Below, one piece after another: positions 1 to 11,300 of a stretch of DNA of 64,000 nucleotides. Location of the stretch: positions 11,222,001 through 11,286,000 of the forward strand of contig JBHGNT010000004.1 of the NCBI GenBank assembly GCA_043228905.1. Direction: 5' to 3'. Each line of letters starts with the position of its first letter. Within the stretch, counting starts at the first letter, position 1. A program made the translations under genes and the position numbers. This stretch comes from Azolla caroliniana (Eukaryota > Plantae > Polypodiophyta). Below the pieces are notes generated by a model, which searched no databases, was not told the DNA's origin, and worked only from the letters and a program-made list of their open reading frames with translations.

Positions 1-784
1 TATTAACTCTCATGGAGCCCTAACACTCCTTCACACTCAATCACACAGCCTAGGTATTGTAGTTGCATTATGGAATCAAAAACAGGCAAATATAGAGGCA
101 TGTATGGTTTGCAAGGAAGGGCTAGTAGAGGAGGAGTATCACTTGCTTTTTACATGTTTTGCATATAGTTGTACTTCATGAAAGCTATAATGATATATTG
201 AATGACTTAAGTGTCACGCTAAAGATAACACCTAGACGGTTGAGCTCATGTGTGTATGCCTTATTCACACATCAAGACTTTGTGATTTGAAGTATGAATA
301 TCCCTTCTTAGGAAGGAGACACACATTAAGAAAACTTTTGTCCTTAGGTGCCATGGGTCAACATTGGCCTCTCTATGGATGCGAAAAAAATCTATATACC
401 TATCTTATGGAAAAAAATCTCTCCATGTAATGCCCTATTCTCTGTTGTCTAAGAATGATGAGTCCTTGCATTAATCTTAAAAGATGCAAAATTACGTAAT
501 AATTGAACTTTGAATCAAGCTTTATTTTGTTACTGATAAAAATGCCTATATTAAACACGGTCATCATGGCATTTCTCAACTGAATTTGATTCAATTGCTA
601 AGCTGAAAAAAAGTACACATATAACCTCCTTGTTTCAAGCATTACAAATGCCCCTATATTAAGCACTACAGATTACATCAATGAAGTTGAAACTGAAGTT
701 TGGTGAATGCTGCTTACAACATTGAAGATTCGCTCACATAATAGAGATCACACTTAACAATATTGGGAAAGAGGAATAGATTAC

Positions 785-928
785 CTTTGCGTAGGCGTGC
801 CTTTTCCTTAGTTCGATTCTCTCCACCCATAACATAGCCCGGGACTAACCACTGGAAACGGTGCACAAGTTGTTTCATTACTTCATAAACCTGTAGGCAA
901 AGTTCCCGTGTGGGAACGAGCACAAGGG
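785..928 (-). CDS. RH17: DEAD-box RNA helicase exon 4 (motif Ia); gene continues beyond the window start
   Basis: Acceptor AAGCAG| and donor |GTAATC. Encodes [14 protein letters not shown]...[22 protein letters not shown], typical of plant RH17/DBP7. The next exon was not found in 1-784. Confidence 0.92.
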
Positions 929-1041
929 CTGCTTCCAGGTCCATTAAGTCTTATTGTGTTTCTGGCACAGAGGCCATAACAAACGAACATAGCATATGCT
1001 TTTCACAGATAAACCATAGCGTGAACAATCAGCATACCTAC

Positions 1042-1151
1042 CAAATGTACCATCAGAACGAGAAATCGTCTTCATATTTGCTTGCAATTTATGGATGATC
1101 GGTGCAAGGTAAACAACAGTTTTACCTGTTCCAGTCTCAGCTTTCACCAAT
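1042..1151 (-). CDS. RH17: DEAD-box RNA helicase exon 3 (motif I)
   Basis: Acceptor ATTCAG| and donor |GTAGGT. Encodes [23 protein letters not shown]...RSDGTF (Walker A motif AxTGTGKT). Confidence 0.92.
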
Positions 1152-1411
1152 CTGAATGCTCAAAATGTTAAAGGACTATTAATGAACCAAAAGGAGAAAC
1201 TTGCAAACACAAACCTCACATACTCAAACAATATGACAACAATTCCACAACAAAATATGATGACTTAAAAAGAAGACATCTTGTAAATACAAAAAGGATT
1301 TCAACAATTCTCCACATTAAAAATTCATGATCAGATCCCTCTTGCAATCAAACAAGTCACACATAAGAAGAACGTGGCTACAGCATCAAATCATAGAAAT
1401 GGATAGGATAC

Positions 1412-1484
1412 ATATCCCTTTCAGAGAGGATAAACGGTATAGCAGCTTGCTGTATACGAGTAGGTGCAGAGAATCCCATACGTT
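1412..1484 (-). CDS. RH17: DEAD-box RNA helicase exon 2 (Q motif)
   Basis: Acceptor TTTCACAG| and donor |GTATCC. In phase with exon 1 it encodes ERMGFSAPTRIQQAAIPFILSERD (Q motif GFxxPTxIQ). Confidence 0.9.
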
Positions 1485-1560
1485 CTGTGAAACATATAAA
1501 AGGAAATGAGAAATTTGAGAGAGACAGAGACAAAGGAAGATGAAGAAGATAAAGACATAC

Positions 1561-1723
1561 CTTGCATATGATCGGAAAGTATGTCGCAAAGTCCTAAGTC
1601 GCGGAACGTACAGGAAACGAAAGGATTCGCTGGTTCTGAGGGAGTTAACGAGGATTCCATCTCGCCATCGTCGTCTGCTTCTTTATGGGAGTTGTCAGAC
1701 CGCGCTCTCTTCCGGCTTTTCAT
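1561..1723 (-). CDS. RH17: DEAD-box RNA helicase (RH17/DBP7/DDX31-like), exon 1
   Basis: ATG at 1723 gives MKSRKRARS...NPFVSCTFRDLGLCDILSDHMQ, followed by donor G|GTATGT at 1560. The F..LGL segment is the usual one upstream of the Q motif. Confidence 0.85.
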
Positions 1724-2099
1724 GGTCCCAGAAGAAGAAGAAGAAGAAGAAATGCGTTCGATATGTAAATGAAAGAAACATAAAACCCCACGCCATAAAT
1801 CCTTTTTTGGGGGGAGGGGAGGGGTAACACATCCGATGAGTCGAGGGGTTCTGTGAATGGTGAGGGCCTTTCCTTTCTCCACGGGTAGAGAAGGCAAGGC
1901 GCCCATGACTCAGGGTAAGAGTCATGGGCTTCTAATCTAAGTCTTCTTGATGGATGGAGAAGAAAGCCATGACTCAAGGTGTGAGTCTTCGACTTGTGGC
2001 ATGTGTACCATTGCCAATGTGCATACAGGGAATGGAATCCCTCTAGTTCATTCAATAACCCAATGTACTCAAGTACCTATGTGAGCAATGGAATTCCCC

Positions 2100-3999
2100 T
2101 GTAAAGATAAATATGCGGAAGCTGTAACAGATCACAACCGGGTTAGCCGGATAGAAACAGAGAACACAGAGAAACAATGGAGATACACAGAGTAGGTGAG
2201 AGAGAGAGAGAGAGAGAGCAAGACAATAAACCTCTATTTCAAAAAACTCTGTAAACTCTATACATACAAGTGTGCGTCATTGCATGTTTTATACAAGTCC
2301 TTAAAAGGACTGACCGAAGTACTGACAAGTACTTCAATGCTCATAATTGAGCTCTGACACTAACTCCTAAAAATATGCCTATCTACTAGGCTAGGATCGT
2401 AGGCCTCTAAATGACCTATCGGTTACACTCAAAGCTGGACATCGATCCAGCTCTTGGCTTATTCAGCCGATCCGGATCATGTTGAGCTTACTTTCTCAAC
2501 GCTCCCCCTCAAGCTCAACTTGAGGTCAGATACTGGTGTAAGTGTCTACCGGTCCTTTCCTCCGGCTCCTCATGTTATCTTCTCGCCTTGCTCGCGCTTC
2601 TCGTTCGGACTGGTCCCGCATTCCACGATTCCTTTGGTTCTGCGAACCTCCACCTTCGGTTCTTCCGTATCAGTGTCGGCTTTGATTGCCTTCTTGTCCG
2701 CCTGGCCTTCACAAGATCCGTCTCGTTCGGATCACTCTTTTCTTCCAAATCATCTGCCTCCAATTTGTCTTCGTCGAGACCCTTAACCACGTTAGACCAT
2801 GTCTTGGTCCTAGCCTTCCTGGATTTACCTCTCCCTTGTTCGGTTGGTTTCGACTTAGGCTCGTTCCTTTGGTCGCTCTCCCTATATCCATCCTCAGCTT
2901 CATCAATCGTCCCAAATTCGAATTCTTCATCCAATCCGGATTTCCAGACCTCCTCTTCTTCTCTTCCACTCCTTCTCCCCCTCAAGATCAGCATGTCAAG
3001 GTGCTGCAAACCCAGCGCTCCCGAGAACTATTGAAACTTGTCTAGGCTAAGGGGTTTGGTGAAGATATCGGCAGCTTGCCAATCCATCGGAACATACACA
3101 AGTTCCACTTCATCGGAAAGGACCCACTCGTGGACAAAACGATAGTGCACCTCAATGTGCTTGGTCCGGGCGTGGAAGACGGGGTTTTTCACCAACTGGA
3201 TGTTGCTGAGGTTGTCGCAATAGATTGTCGTCGAATCGAACAACTCCACCTGCAGATCCTTCAGTAGCCGCTTGAGCCATATGGCTTCGCATGTTGCGAC
3301 AACCGCTCCTCGATATTCGGCCTCTGTGCTCGATAGTGCAACTATCGGCTGCTTCTTGCTTCTCCAAGTGATCGCAACGTCCCCAAGTGAAAACACAGAG
3401 CCCGATGTAGACCGTTGATCGTCAACATTTCCTGCCAATCAACATCCCTGTAACCGACTAACTATTCGGCAACACCGATCTGATATAGCAACCCCCTGTC
3501 CTTAGTGTCGCTGACATACCAGAGTGTTCGTTGTGCGCACTGAAGGTGTTTTGTAGTCGGTGGTTGACTACGACATGAACTGACTATTTGTCGGAACCAT
3601 TTCAGGCCACATGTTGTTTCGGATTTGGGGCAAAGCTTCAAATTTCTATCTAGAGGAGTTGAGACGGATTTGCACTCCGTCATTCCGAACTTGAAAAGCA
3701 TACTAAACACGTAATGTTGTTGGCTAATCAATATGTCTTTGGGGGTACGGATCACTTCGATCCCGAGGAAGTAACGAAGGTCCCCTAGGTCCTTCATGTT
3801 GAACGATGCCGCTAGTTGGGACTTCACATGGCCAATTTCCTCTTGGGCCGGTGCTGGTGATGACTAAATCATCAACATAAAGTAAGAGACTTACCGGCCC
3901 ATGCTAACCTTGCTGGATGAAGAGTGAAGAGTCCAACTTGGATGTAGCAAACCCCATCCAACACAGGCGCTGCGTGATCTTTGCGTTCCAAGCACGCGG
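2100..3999 (-). mobile_element. Ty1/copia 3' fragment: RT end, RNase H, 3' extension and 3' LTR (2100-2501)
   Basis: ORFs 3462-3827 (MKDLGDLRYFLGIEV) and 3028-3438 ([24 protein letters not shown]). PPT (ctccccctcaag on +) at 2502. RT is interrupted at 4000 by a gypsy LTR. Confidence 0.88.
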
Positions 4000-5418
4000 T
4001 GTCGCGGATTTTTGCATGGATGAGTTAGAATGGGGCGGAACCACCAGGGTCTTGAACCAAAGAGCCGGTGAGGGTAGAAGTGTTAGCTAGATCGGTGTTC
4101 GGGAATCTCTCATCAAGGTGTTGTTCCGGAGTCGATGAAGACTGCGGATTATCCAGACTGGTTTGGGGTAGCTCCGCCGAATCACGATCTGGACAGGTAT
4201 CCGATCTGGTCTAGACAGATCTTCGAACACTCGATGGTGAGCACATGGACTTGACACGCGTTATCGGTTCCGGACCAGTTGCGCCAAACGACGGACAATG
4301 AACACACGGGCTCCCACATCGAACACACGCACTCGAGCGGGAATAGAATGGAGATGAGAGTGTAAGCTCTGGACTTGGCAAACACTTGACAAACAGAAAC
4401 GGCACGAAATTACCGAACACGGACACAGTCTCAAGAAATACTAATAATTAACAGAGGAAAATAGGAGATTACAATTGGACAATGCCGATAGCATAGAGCT
4501 TCGAGCTCCCGACACTCACACAAATAGATGCTAGCAAGCCTCCGATCAGGAGCACATAGGTTACCAACATGAAACGGAGGCCTCACACGACAACAGGGAA
4601 AACCGGAAAGCGGGGAATAGGAAGGAAGCTTGGTAGAGCTTGGTCTGGCAGCACTTCATTCTCCCAAAATGGTGGATTTTGAAAACAGTCTCAAACCTCC
4701 CCTTTTATAGAACAAGGGGAGGCCGTTATATCACCCATAAAGACATTCTCTTTTGGGTAGAGATTTCCCTCGATTCCCTCCATAAGATATTATTATTATA
4801 CTTTATCCGTGTGGCCTTAAAGTACCTATCAAATCACTCCTACCCAGTATTCCTCAACACTTAAACTAGCATTATACTATTTACACACGTTTATACATAG
4901 AGACTATTTCCGTGTGCATCTGTGCACACCGCTCCTGTTCACGCATATCCGACTCCGTTTTTCTCCTATGACCAGAATCCTTCACGACATCCACCCCCAC
5001 CAAACCGCACATCCTCCCGCATGTGCCAAGTATTGACACGGTGGGGATTCCGTCTCAGTCATCATTCGTCTTCTTCCGCACCGTCACCGGTCCGGTCCTC
5101 ATCCAACTCCTCGCCCTCGCCAGCGCTTCCGTCTTCGTCCCCCGGATCCGGTTTTGCTTTGTGCTGTTTCTTGAAGGCCTTGATCCGTTTTCTCGCAACC
5201 GGAACCGCAATCCTCATTCTGTCAAGCTCTGCCAGGCGGTACATTGCATTGTCGTTTGCGCTCATCACTACATAGGGTCCAAACCACTGCCTTGCGAATT
5301 TCTGGGTCGATTGGTGCTGGTTGTCGAGGTTGTTGTCATAAACCAACACCCAGTCGCCTTCCTCAATCTTCTTTGGCCGGAGCTGGTGTGTTCGGTCAAA
5401 CCGGCCCTTGTTCTTCTT
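4000..5418 (-). mobile_element. Ty3/gypsy 3' LTR (4000-4989), PPT and integrase C-terminus
   Basis: LTR bounded by TGTCG...CGACA; PPT (tccacccccacc on +) at 4990; ORF 5062-5349 with WFGPY motif. The integrase resumes at 16598 after a nested copia. Confidence 0.82.
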
Positions 5419-5486
5419 TGTAAAGAATAAAAGTTGTGGGTGGTGTTATGGAAACGAACTCTGTGTATGTGTGAGTGCAGTAAGAC

Positions 5487-5491
<5 letters not shown>

Positions 5492-5573
<82 letters not shown>
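5492..5573. repeat. (GA)n microsatellite expanded within an LTR
   Basis: About 80-bp GA run; the partner LTR has only a short run at ~16445-16460. Confidence 0.9.
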
Positions 5574-5576
<3 letters not shown>

Positions 5577-8341
5577 CTAAACAAGAAAAGTGTATGTTAC
5601 ATGCAACAATAACTAAGTTACAAAGGGTTGGTTTAAATACCAACTAATCTAGGGCAAGTGCCCTTTCTACTAATTACAAAATTGGCCTAGTATGTTGTCC
5701 ACTGGCTAGTGTGAACACTATCTCTATGGGAAGTTGAGTTCGATTCTCAACACGCCCCTTCGAACACAACTTCGGATGCCCAAAAAATTGTTTTGTTTCG
5801 GTCTTCGAAATATTTCGATTCAATTGAATCGTCTTTGACTTCGCTTTTCGATTTCGATTATTTGATTTCGGTTTTCGACATAGCCCCATTTTCCTGTACT
5901 CCCCCTCAAGCTTGGCAATGCATATATTGTGAGACCGAGGTCCGATGTAAATTGCCTGAGCTTGTCGATTCCTAAGGCCTTAGTAAAGATGTCAGTGACT
6001 TGAAGATTTTGTGTTGATGTGCTGTAGATCGACATCTCTAGCCTGAACGCGCTCTCAGATGAAGTGATAGTGCACTTCGATATGCTTCGTCCACACATAG
6101 AACACCGGGTTCCGAGCCAGGTAGATGATGCTCATGTTGTCGCAATATAGGTGAATCAGATCCTTGATGGGAACACCCAAATCCTTTAATATGTGCTTCA
6201 ACTAGACAGCCTCGCATGCGGCGACTGTCGTGCCCCTATATTCGGCCTCCGTGCTTGACAGTGCGAGTCAACTGCTTCTTACTGCTCTTGGAGATTGTTC
6301 CACTACCGAGGGAGGAGAAGAATTTGGAAGTGGATCGTCGATCGGCCTTATAGTCGGCCCAGTCCGTGTCCGTGTACCCTTCGAGTCAAAGGATTGTGTC
6401 CGACTTATACATGATGTCGTAATCCATGGTCCCACGGACGTACCGAAGTACCCTCTTAGCGCAATCGAGATGTTCATTGCAAGGATTCTACATGAATTGG
6501 CTAAGGATGCCAACCGAATAGCTGAGGTTGGGTCGTGTGATGGTTAGATAGATTAGGCTGCCGATCATCTGTCAATACTGAGTCGGCTCACACTTTGTTG
6601 TTCTTGAATCGACATCAATCTTGAGATTACGATCGAGAGGGGTAGACACAGGTTTGCACTCAGTGATTCCAAACTTGTAGAGTAAGTTGAGAATGTAGTG
6701 CCATTGTGAGATCAATATCCGACTGATGTTCGAATTACTTCAATGCCAAGGAAGTAATGGAGCTTGTGCATATCTTTCATTTCGAATATGCCGAATAGGA
6801 GTGATTTTAACTTATTAATCTCGACAAGATTCTGTCCTATGATTACCAAATCATCCACGTACAGAAGGACGGTGATCGGGTTTTTCGACTCGTTTTGAAT
6901 ATAGAGAGAGTTGACCGATATCGACATTCGAAAGCCAATTTGATGAAGAAACCAAGTGATCTTCAAATGCCAAGCACGCGGTGCTTGCGTAAGGCTGTAG
7001 AGTGGCTTCTTTAGTCTACAGACTACTTTCGGATGATTTTTCGATTAAAAACCGGGGGGTTGAATCATGAAGACCTCCTCTTCTAATTCGTCTTGGAGGA
7101 AGACGTTCTTCACGTCCATCTAGTGGAGATGTCACCCTTTCGTCGCTGCAAGTGCAATAATTGTCCGCACCGTTGCCATCTTTGCCCTCGGGGCAAAGGT
7201 CTCCTCGTAATCGACGACATGTGTTTGTGCGTATCCTTTTGCGATGAGTTGTGCTTTGAAGCAATTTACTGAGCCATCGGCATTGTATTTGACCTTATAG
7301 ATCCATCTACAACCAATCGCTTTCCTGTGAGGTGAATGGGGAACAATATCCCATGTCTCATTTTTGCACAAGGTCTGCATTTCTTCATTCATCGCGTCGA
7401 CCCATTGTGGGTCCTTCATGGCTTCGGAAAATGTTTCCAGCTCTCGGAAAGTTGCTACCTTCATCATAAAGGCGTAATGATACACCATGTACTCATCGTA
7501 GCCAAATCGGCTTACTGGGTTCTTCTCATGGGTGGACCGGCATGGCTTCTCGTTCGCAGAGACTAATGCTTTCTTCACTCCATTTATCCAAATGTCGAGG
7601 CCTTTGAACTCACTGTCAAGGGAGTGAGTTGACTCGTTGTCGACTGGATCTTCGTATCCTGGGGTCTTCCCTCTATCGAGTTTCGAACTCGGCCGAGATG
7701 TACTTCGGTCACTCGGAGGCTCCTGTGAGCCACTAAGCATTGTCATAATCGGACTTTTTTTGAACATGTGTCCGAGTCGAAATTCGTCTTCTATCTGGCG
7801 TTCGGCCGATTACAGGTCGATTTGAGTCGAAATCAGAGTCGTCTCTGGGTTGTACCAAGATGCTGGCTCGTCGAAAATGACGTCTCGACTTACAAGAGCT
7901 TTTCGGGTAGAAGGATTGTAACATTTGTACCCCTTTTGTTTGATTGAACACCCTACGAGGATACATTTCTCCAACTTTGGGTCAAGCTTTTGTCGCTTCT
8001 TGTCAGGAATATGTACATACGTGATTGAGACGAATATCCAGACATGTGAAAGTTTGGCTTCTTTTCGAAAAGCTTCTCATGAGGGGTTACGTCGTGTACC
8101 CCCGAGGTTGTACACCTATTCATGAGGTATACGGTTGTGTTAGCCACTTTTGGCCAGTACGATTTCGACAGGTTCTTCTTGTTCATCATTGCTCGTGCAA
8201 CCTCTACTATGTGCCGATTCTTTCGCTCGGCTATGCCGTTTTGCTGAGATGTGTGCCGACATGAGAATTCTCGTCGTATTCCTTCCTTTTGGAGATATGT
8301 CGTAAACTCGTTCGAGAAATATTCTTTGCCTCCATCTGATC

Positions 8342-11300
8342 TGTAAAGAATTGGATGGATTCTGTGCAGTGCAAGAACTGTGTGTGTGTGTGTGTGTAGA
8401 GAGGGAGGGAGGGAGGGAGGGAGGGAGGGAGGGAGAGAGAGAGAGAGCTCACGATTACAGAAAATTGTATTACAAAGGAAGCAAGAATAACCAACAATTA
8501 CAAAGAGAGGGAGAAGGTGCTTATGTAGTCACCTTCTCTTTACGTTCTCTCACTAGTACCGCCTCTTGGAAAAGAGGTCGTGTCTTAACTACTTAAAGAA
8601 CATGTGTCATAGGACATTAACTTCTATGACACACTAGTTACTATACAAGGAGGTAAGGTGTTCACACACTTGAGTACCCTAGATTGTGTTCCCACTCACG
8701 GGAAGTTGACTTTGATTCTCAACACACCCCTTCAAATACAACGTTCGGTCGTCGGATTGTCAGATGGTTGGTCGTCAGATGATCGTCCTACTGATCCTTC
8801 CCCTCAAGCTCGACTTGTCGATGGTCGCAAGACCCAGGTCGGTCGAGAATTGCCGTAGCTTGTCGACTCCCAGGGCCTTGGTGAAGATGTCGGTCGTCTG
8901 TAGGTTTGTGCTGATGTGTTGCAAGTCGACATCCCCGGCCAGAACACACTCTCGGATGAAGTGATAGTGCACTTCGATGTGCTTAGTCCGAGCATGGAAG
9001 ACTGGGTTCCGAGCGAGCAGGATACTGCTCATGTTGTCGCAGTAGAGGAGAATTGGATCCTTGATGGGAATGCCTAGATCCTTCAAGATTCTCTTGAGTC
9101 AAATGGCTTCGCATGTGGCTATAACCACGCTCGTGTATTCGGCTTCGATGCTCGACAATGCAACACTCCACGATATGGCTCCATTGCCGAGAGAAAAAAC
9201 AAATTTGGATGTCGATCGTCAGTCGACTCTGTAGCCGGCCCAGTCCACATCGGTATAACCTTCGAGTCGTATCGGTGTGGCCGATTTGTAAAGGATGCTG
9301 AAATCCATGGTTCCACTCACATACCTTAGCACTCGCTTAGCACAGTCGAGATGGATGTCTGGCGGAGTTTGCATGAATTGACTAAGACGGCCGACTGGGT
9401 AATTTAGAGGTAGATGAGGCTTCTAACTAGTTGACGATAGTGTGTCGGCTCACAATATTTAGTGCATGAGTTGACATCTAGCTTTAGATTTCGATTGTGA
9501 GGAGTAGTGACGGGCTTACATTGTGTCATCCCAAATTTGTAAAGAAGATTGAGGATATAGTGCTTTTGAGAAAGCATGATGCCGTCTAGAGTCCGAATTA
9601 CTTCTATTCCTAGAAAGTAATGGAGCTCCTTCATATCTGTCATTTCAAATCGGCTGGAGAGGAGTTTCTTGATGTGCTCAATATCCACTAAATGCTCTCC
9701 TCCAATGACCAAGTCATCCACATAAATGATGATAAATATCTGTTCTCTGGAGTTGCTTCGGATGAATAGAGAGTTATCTTCGAATGTTGAAGCCGATTTG
9801 ATGAAGATATTGTGTTATCTTCGAATGTCATGCTCTCGGTGCTTGCTTGAGGCCGTAGAGAGGATTTTTGAGTTGGCAGACATAAGTCGGATGCATAGTC
9901 GACACGAATCCGGGTGGTTGCACCATGTACACCTCTTCGTCTAACTCGCCTTGTAGAAAGGTGTTCTTTACGTCCATTTGGTGGAGGTGCCACACTTTTG
10001 CTATTGCAAGCGCGATCATGGTTCGCATTGTGGTCATCTTTGCCACCAGGGCAAAGGTCTCTTCGTAGTCGACACTGTGCGTCTGCGTGTAGCCCTTCAC
10101 CACAAGCCAAGCCTTGTACCGATGGGTAGTGCCGTCGGCGTTGTGCTTTACCTTGAAGATCCACCGGCATCCAATTGCCTTTTGGTGGTTTGAAGAAGGG
10201 ACGAGAACCCGTGTCTTGCTCTTGGAGAGTGCTTGCATCTCCTCATTCATCGCTTCGACCCATCTAGGGTCCTTCGTGGCTTCAGAATAGTTTTCCGGTT
10301 CTCGGACTGTCGACACCTTCATCATGAATGCATAGTGATATGCCATGTAGTTGTTGTAGCTGAATCGGTTGACTACGTTCTTTTCTCGGGTGGATTGATG
10401 TGGTTCTCCTGGTGTCCTCATGATGGGCACATCAAATCTACCAGACTCAGTGTTGGGTAAGTGAGTCGATTCATTTTCAACTGAGTTTTCGTACTCAGGC
10501 ATTTTGTCCTTTCCTTGGTCCTGTTTCAGACTTGGGCGCGACATGCTTTGGTCGCTTGGAGGCTCTTGCAGTTCACTCAACTTGGTTGAGATTGGATTTT
10601 CCTCTAATGTGGGCCCCGATCGACCATTCTCCTCCGCATCTATGTCGAACTCAATTTCGACTGTCCCGGATGGGGCTGATTCGACTGTATACCAGGATGC
10701 CGACTCGTCGAATACTATACATCCCTACTCACTCATACCTTCTTGGTGGAAGGGTTGAAACACTTATACCCTTTTTGCTCGAGTGAGTACCCTACGAGTA
10801 TACATTTCTCCGACTTGGGATCGAGCTTTTGACGCTTCTTGTCGGGAATATGTACATATGCAATTGAACCGAATATCCTAACATGAGATAGATCCGGTTT
10901 CCTCCCATAGAACTTTTCATAGGGGGTAACATTGTGCACTCCTGATGTTGTGCAACGATTCATCAGATAAACAATCGTATTCGCCGCTTCAGCCCAATAT
11001 GACTTTGGCAGATGTTTCTCGTTCATCATTGCCCTTGCCACCTCGAGTATGTGCTGATTCCTGCGTTCAGCTACTCCGTTTTGATGAGGTGTGTGTCGGT
11101 AGGTAAACTCCCGTCGAATTCCTTCTTGTCGAAGGTATGTTGTAAGGCGTTGGAGAAATAATCCTTGCCGCCGTTCGATCGAAGGCATCAGACATGTCGA
11201 CTGGTTGCCTTTTTACTTCGGTTTTGAACCTTTGGAAGTGTCCGAACACTTCTCTCTTTTGCTGCATAGGGTAGATCCAGGTATGTCTGGAGAGGTCGTC

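Noticed and set aside
1-780. Further RH17 exons or small ORFs
   Set aside because: The expected ISILIATPGRLLDH exon was not found; treated as intron.
1421-1906. 161-aa ORF as the helicase N-terminus
   Set aside because: It reads through the upstream region and intron 1; the spliced model from ATG 1723 restores the conserved motifs.
5396-5647. ORFs with ERERER or LSLSLS runs (also 18617-19077, 19168-19368)
   Set aside because: Translations of microsatellites.
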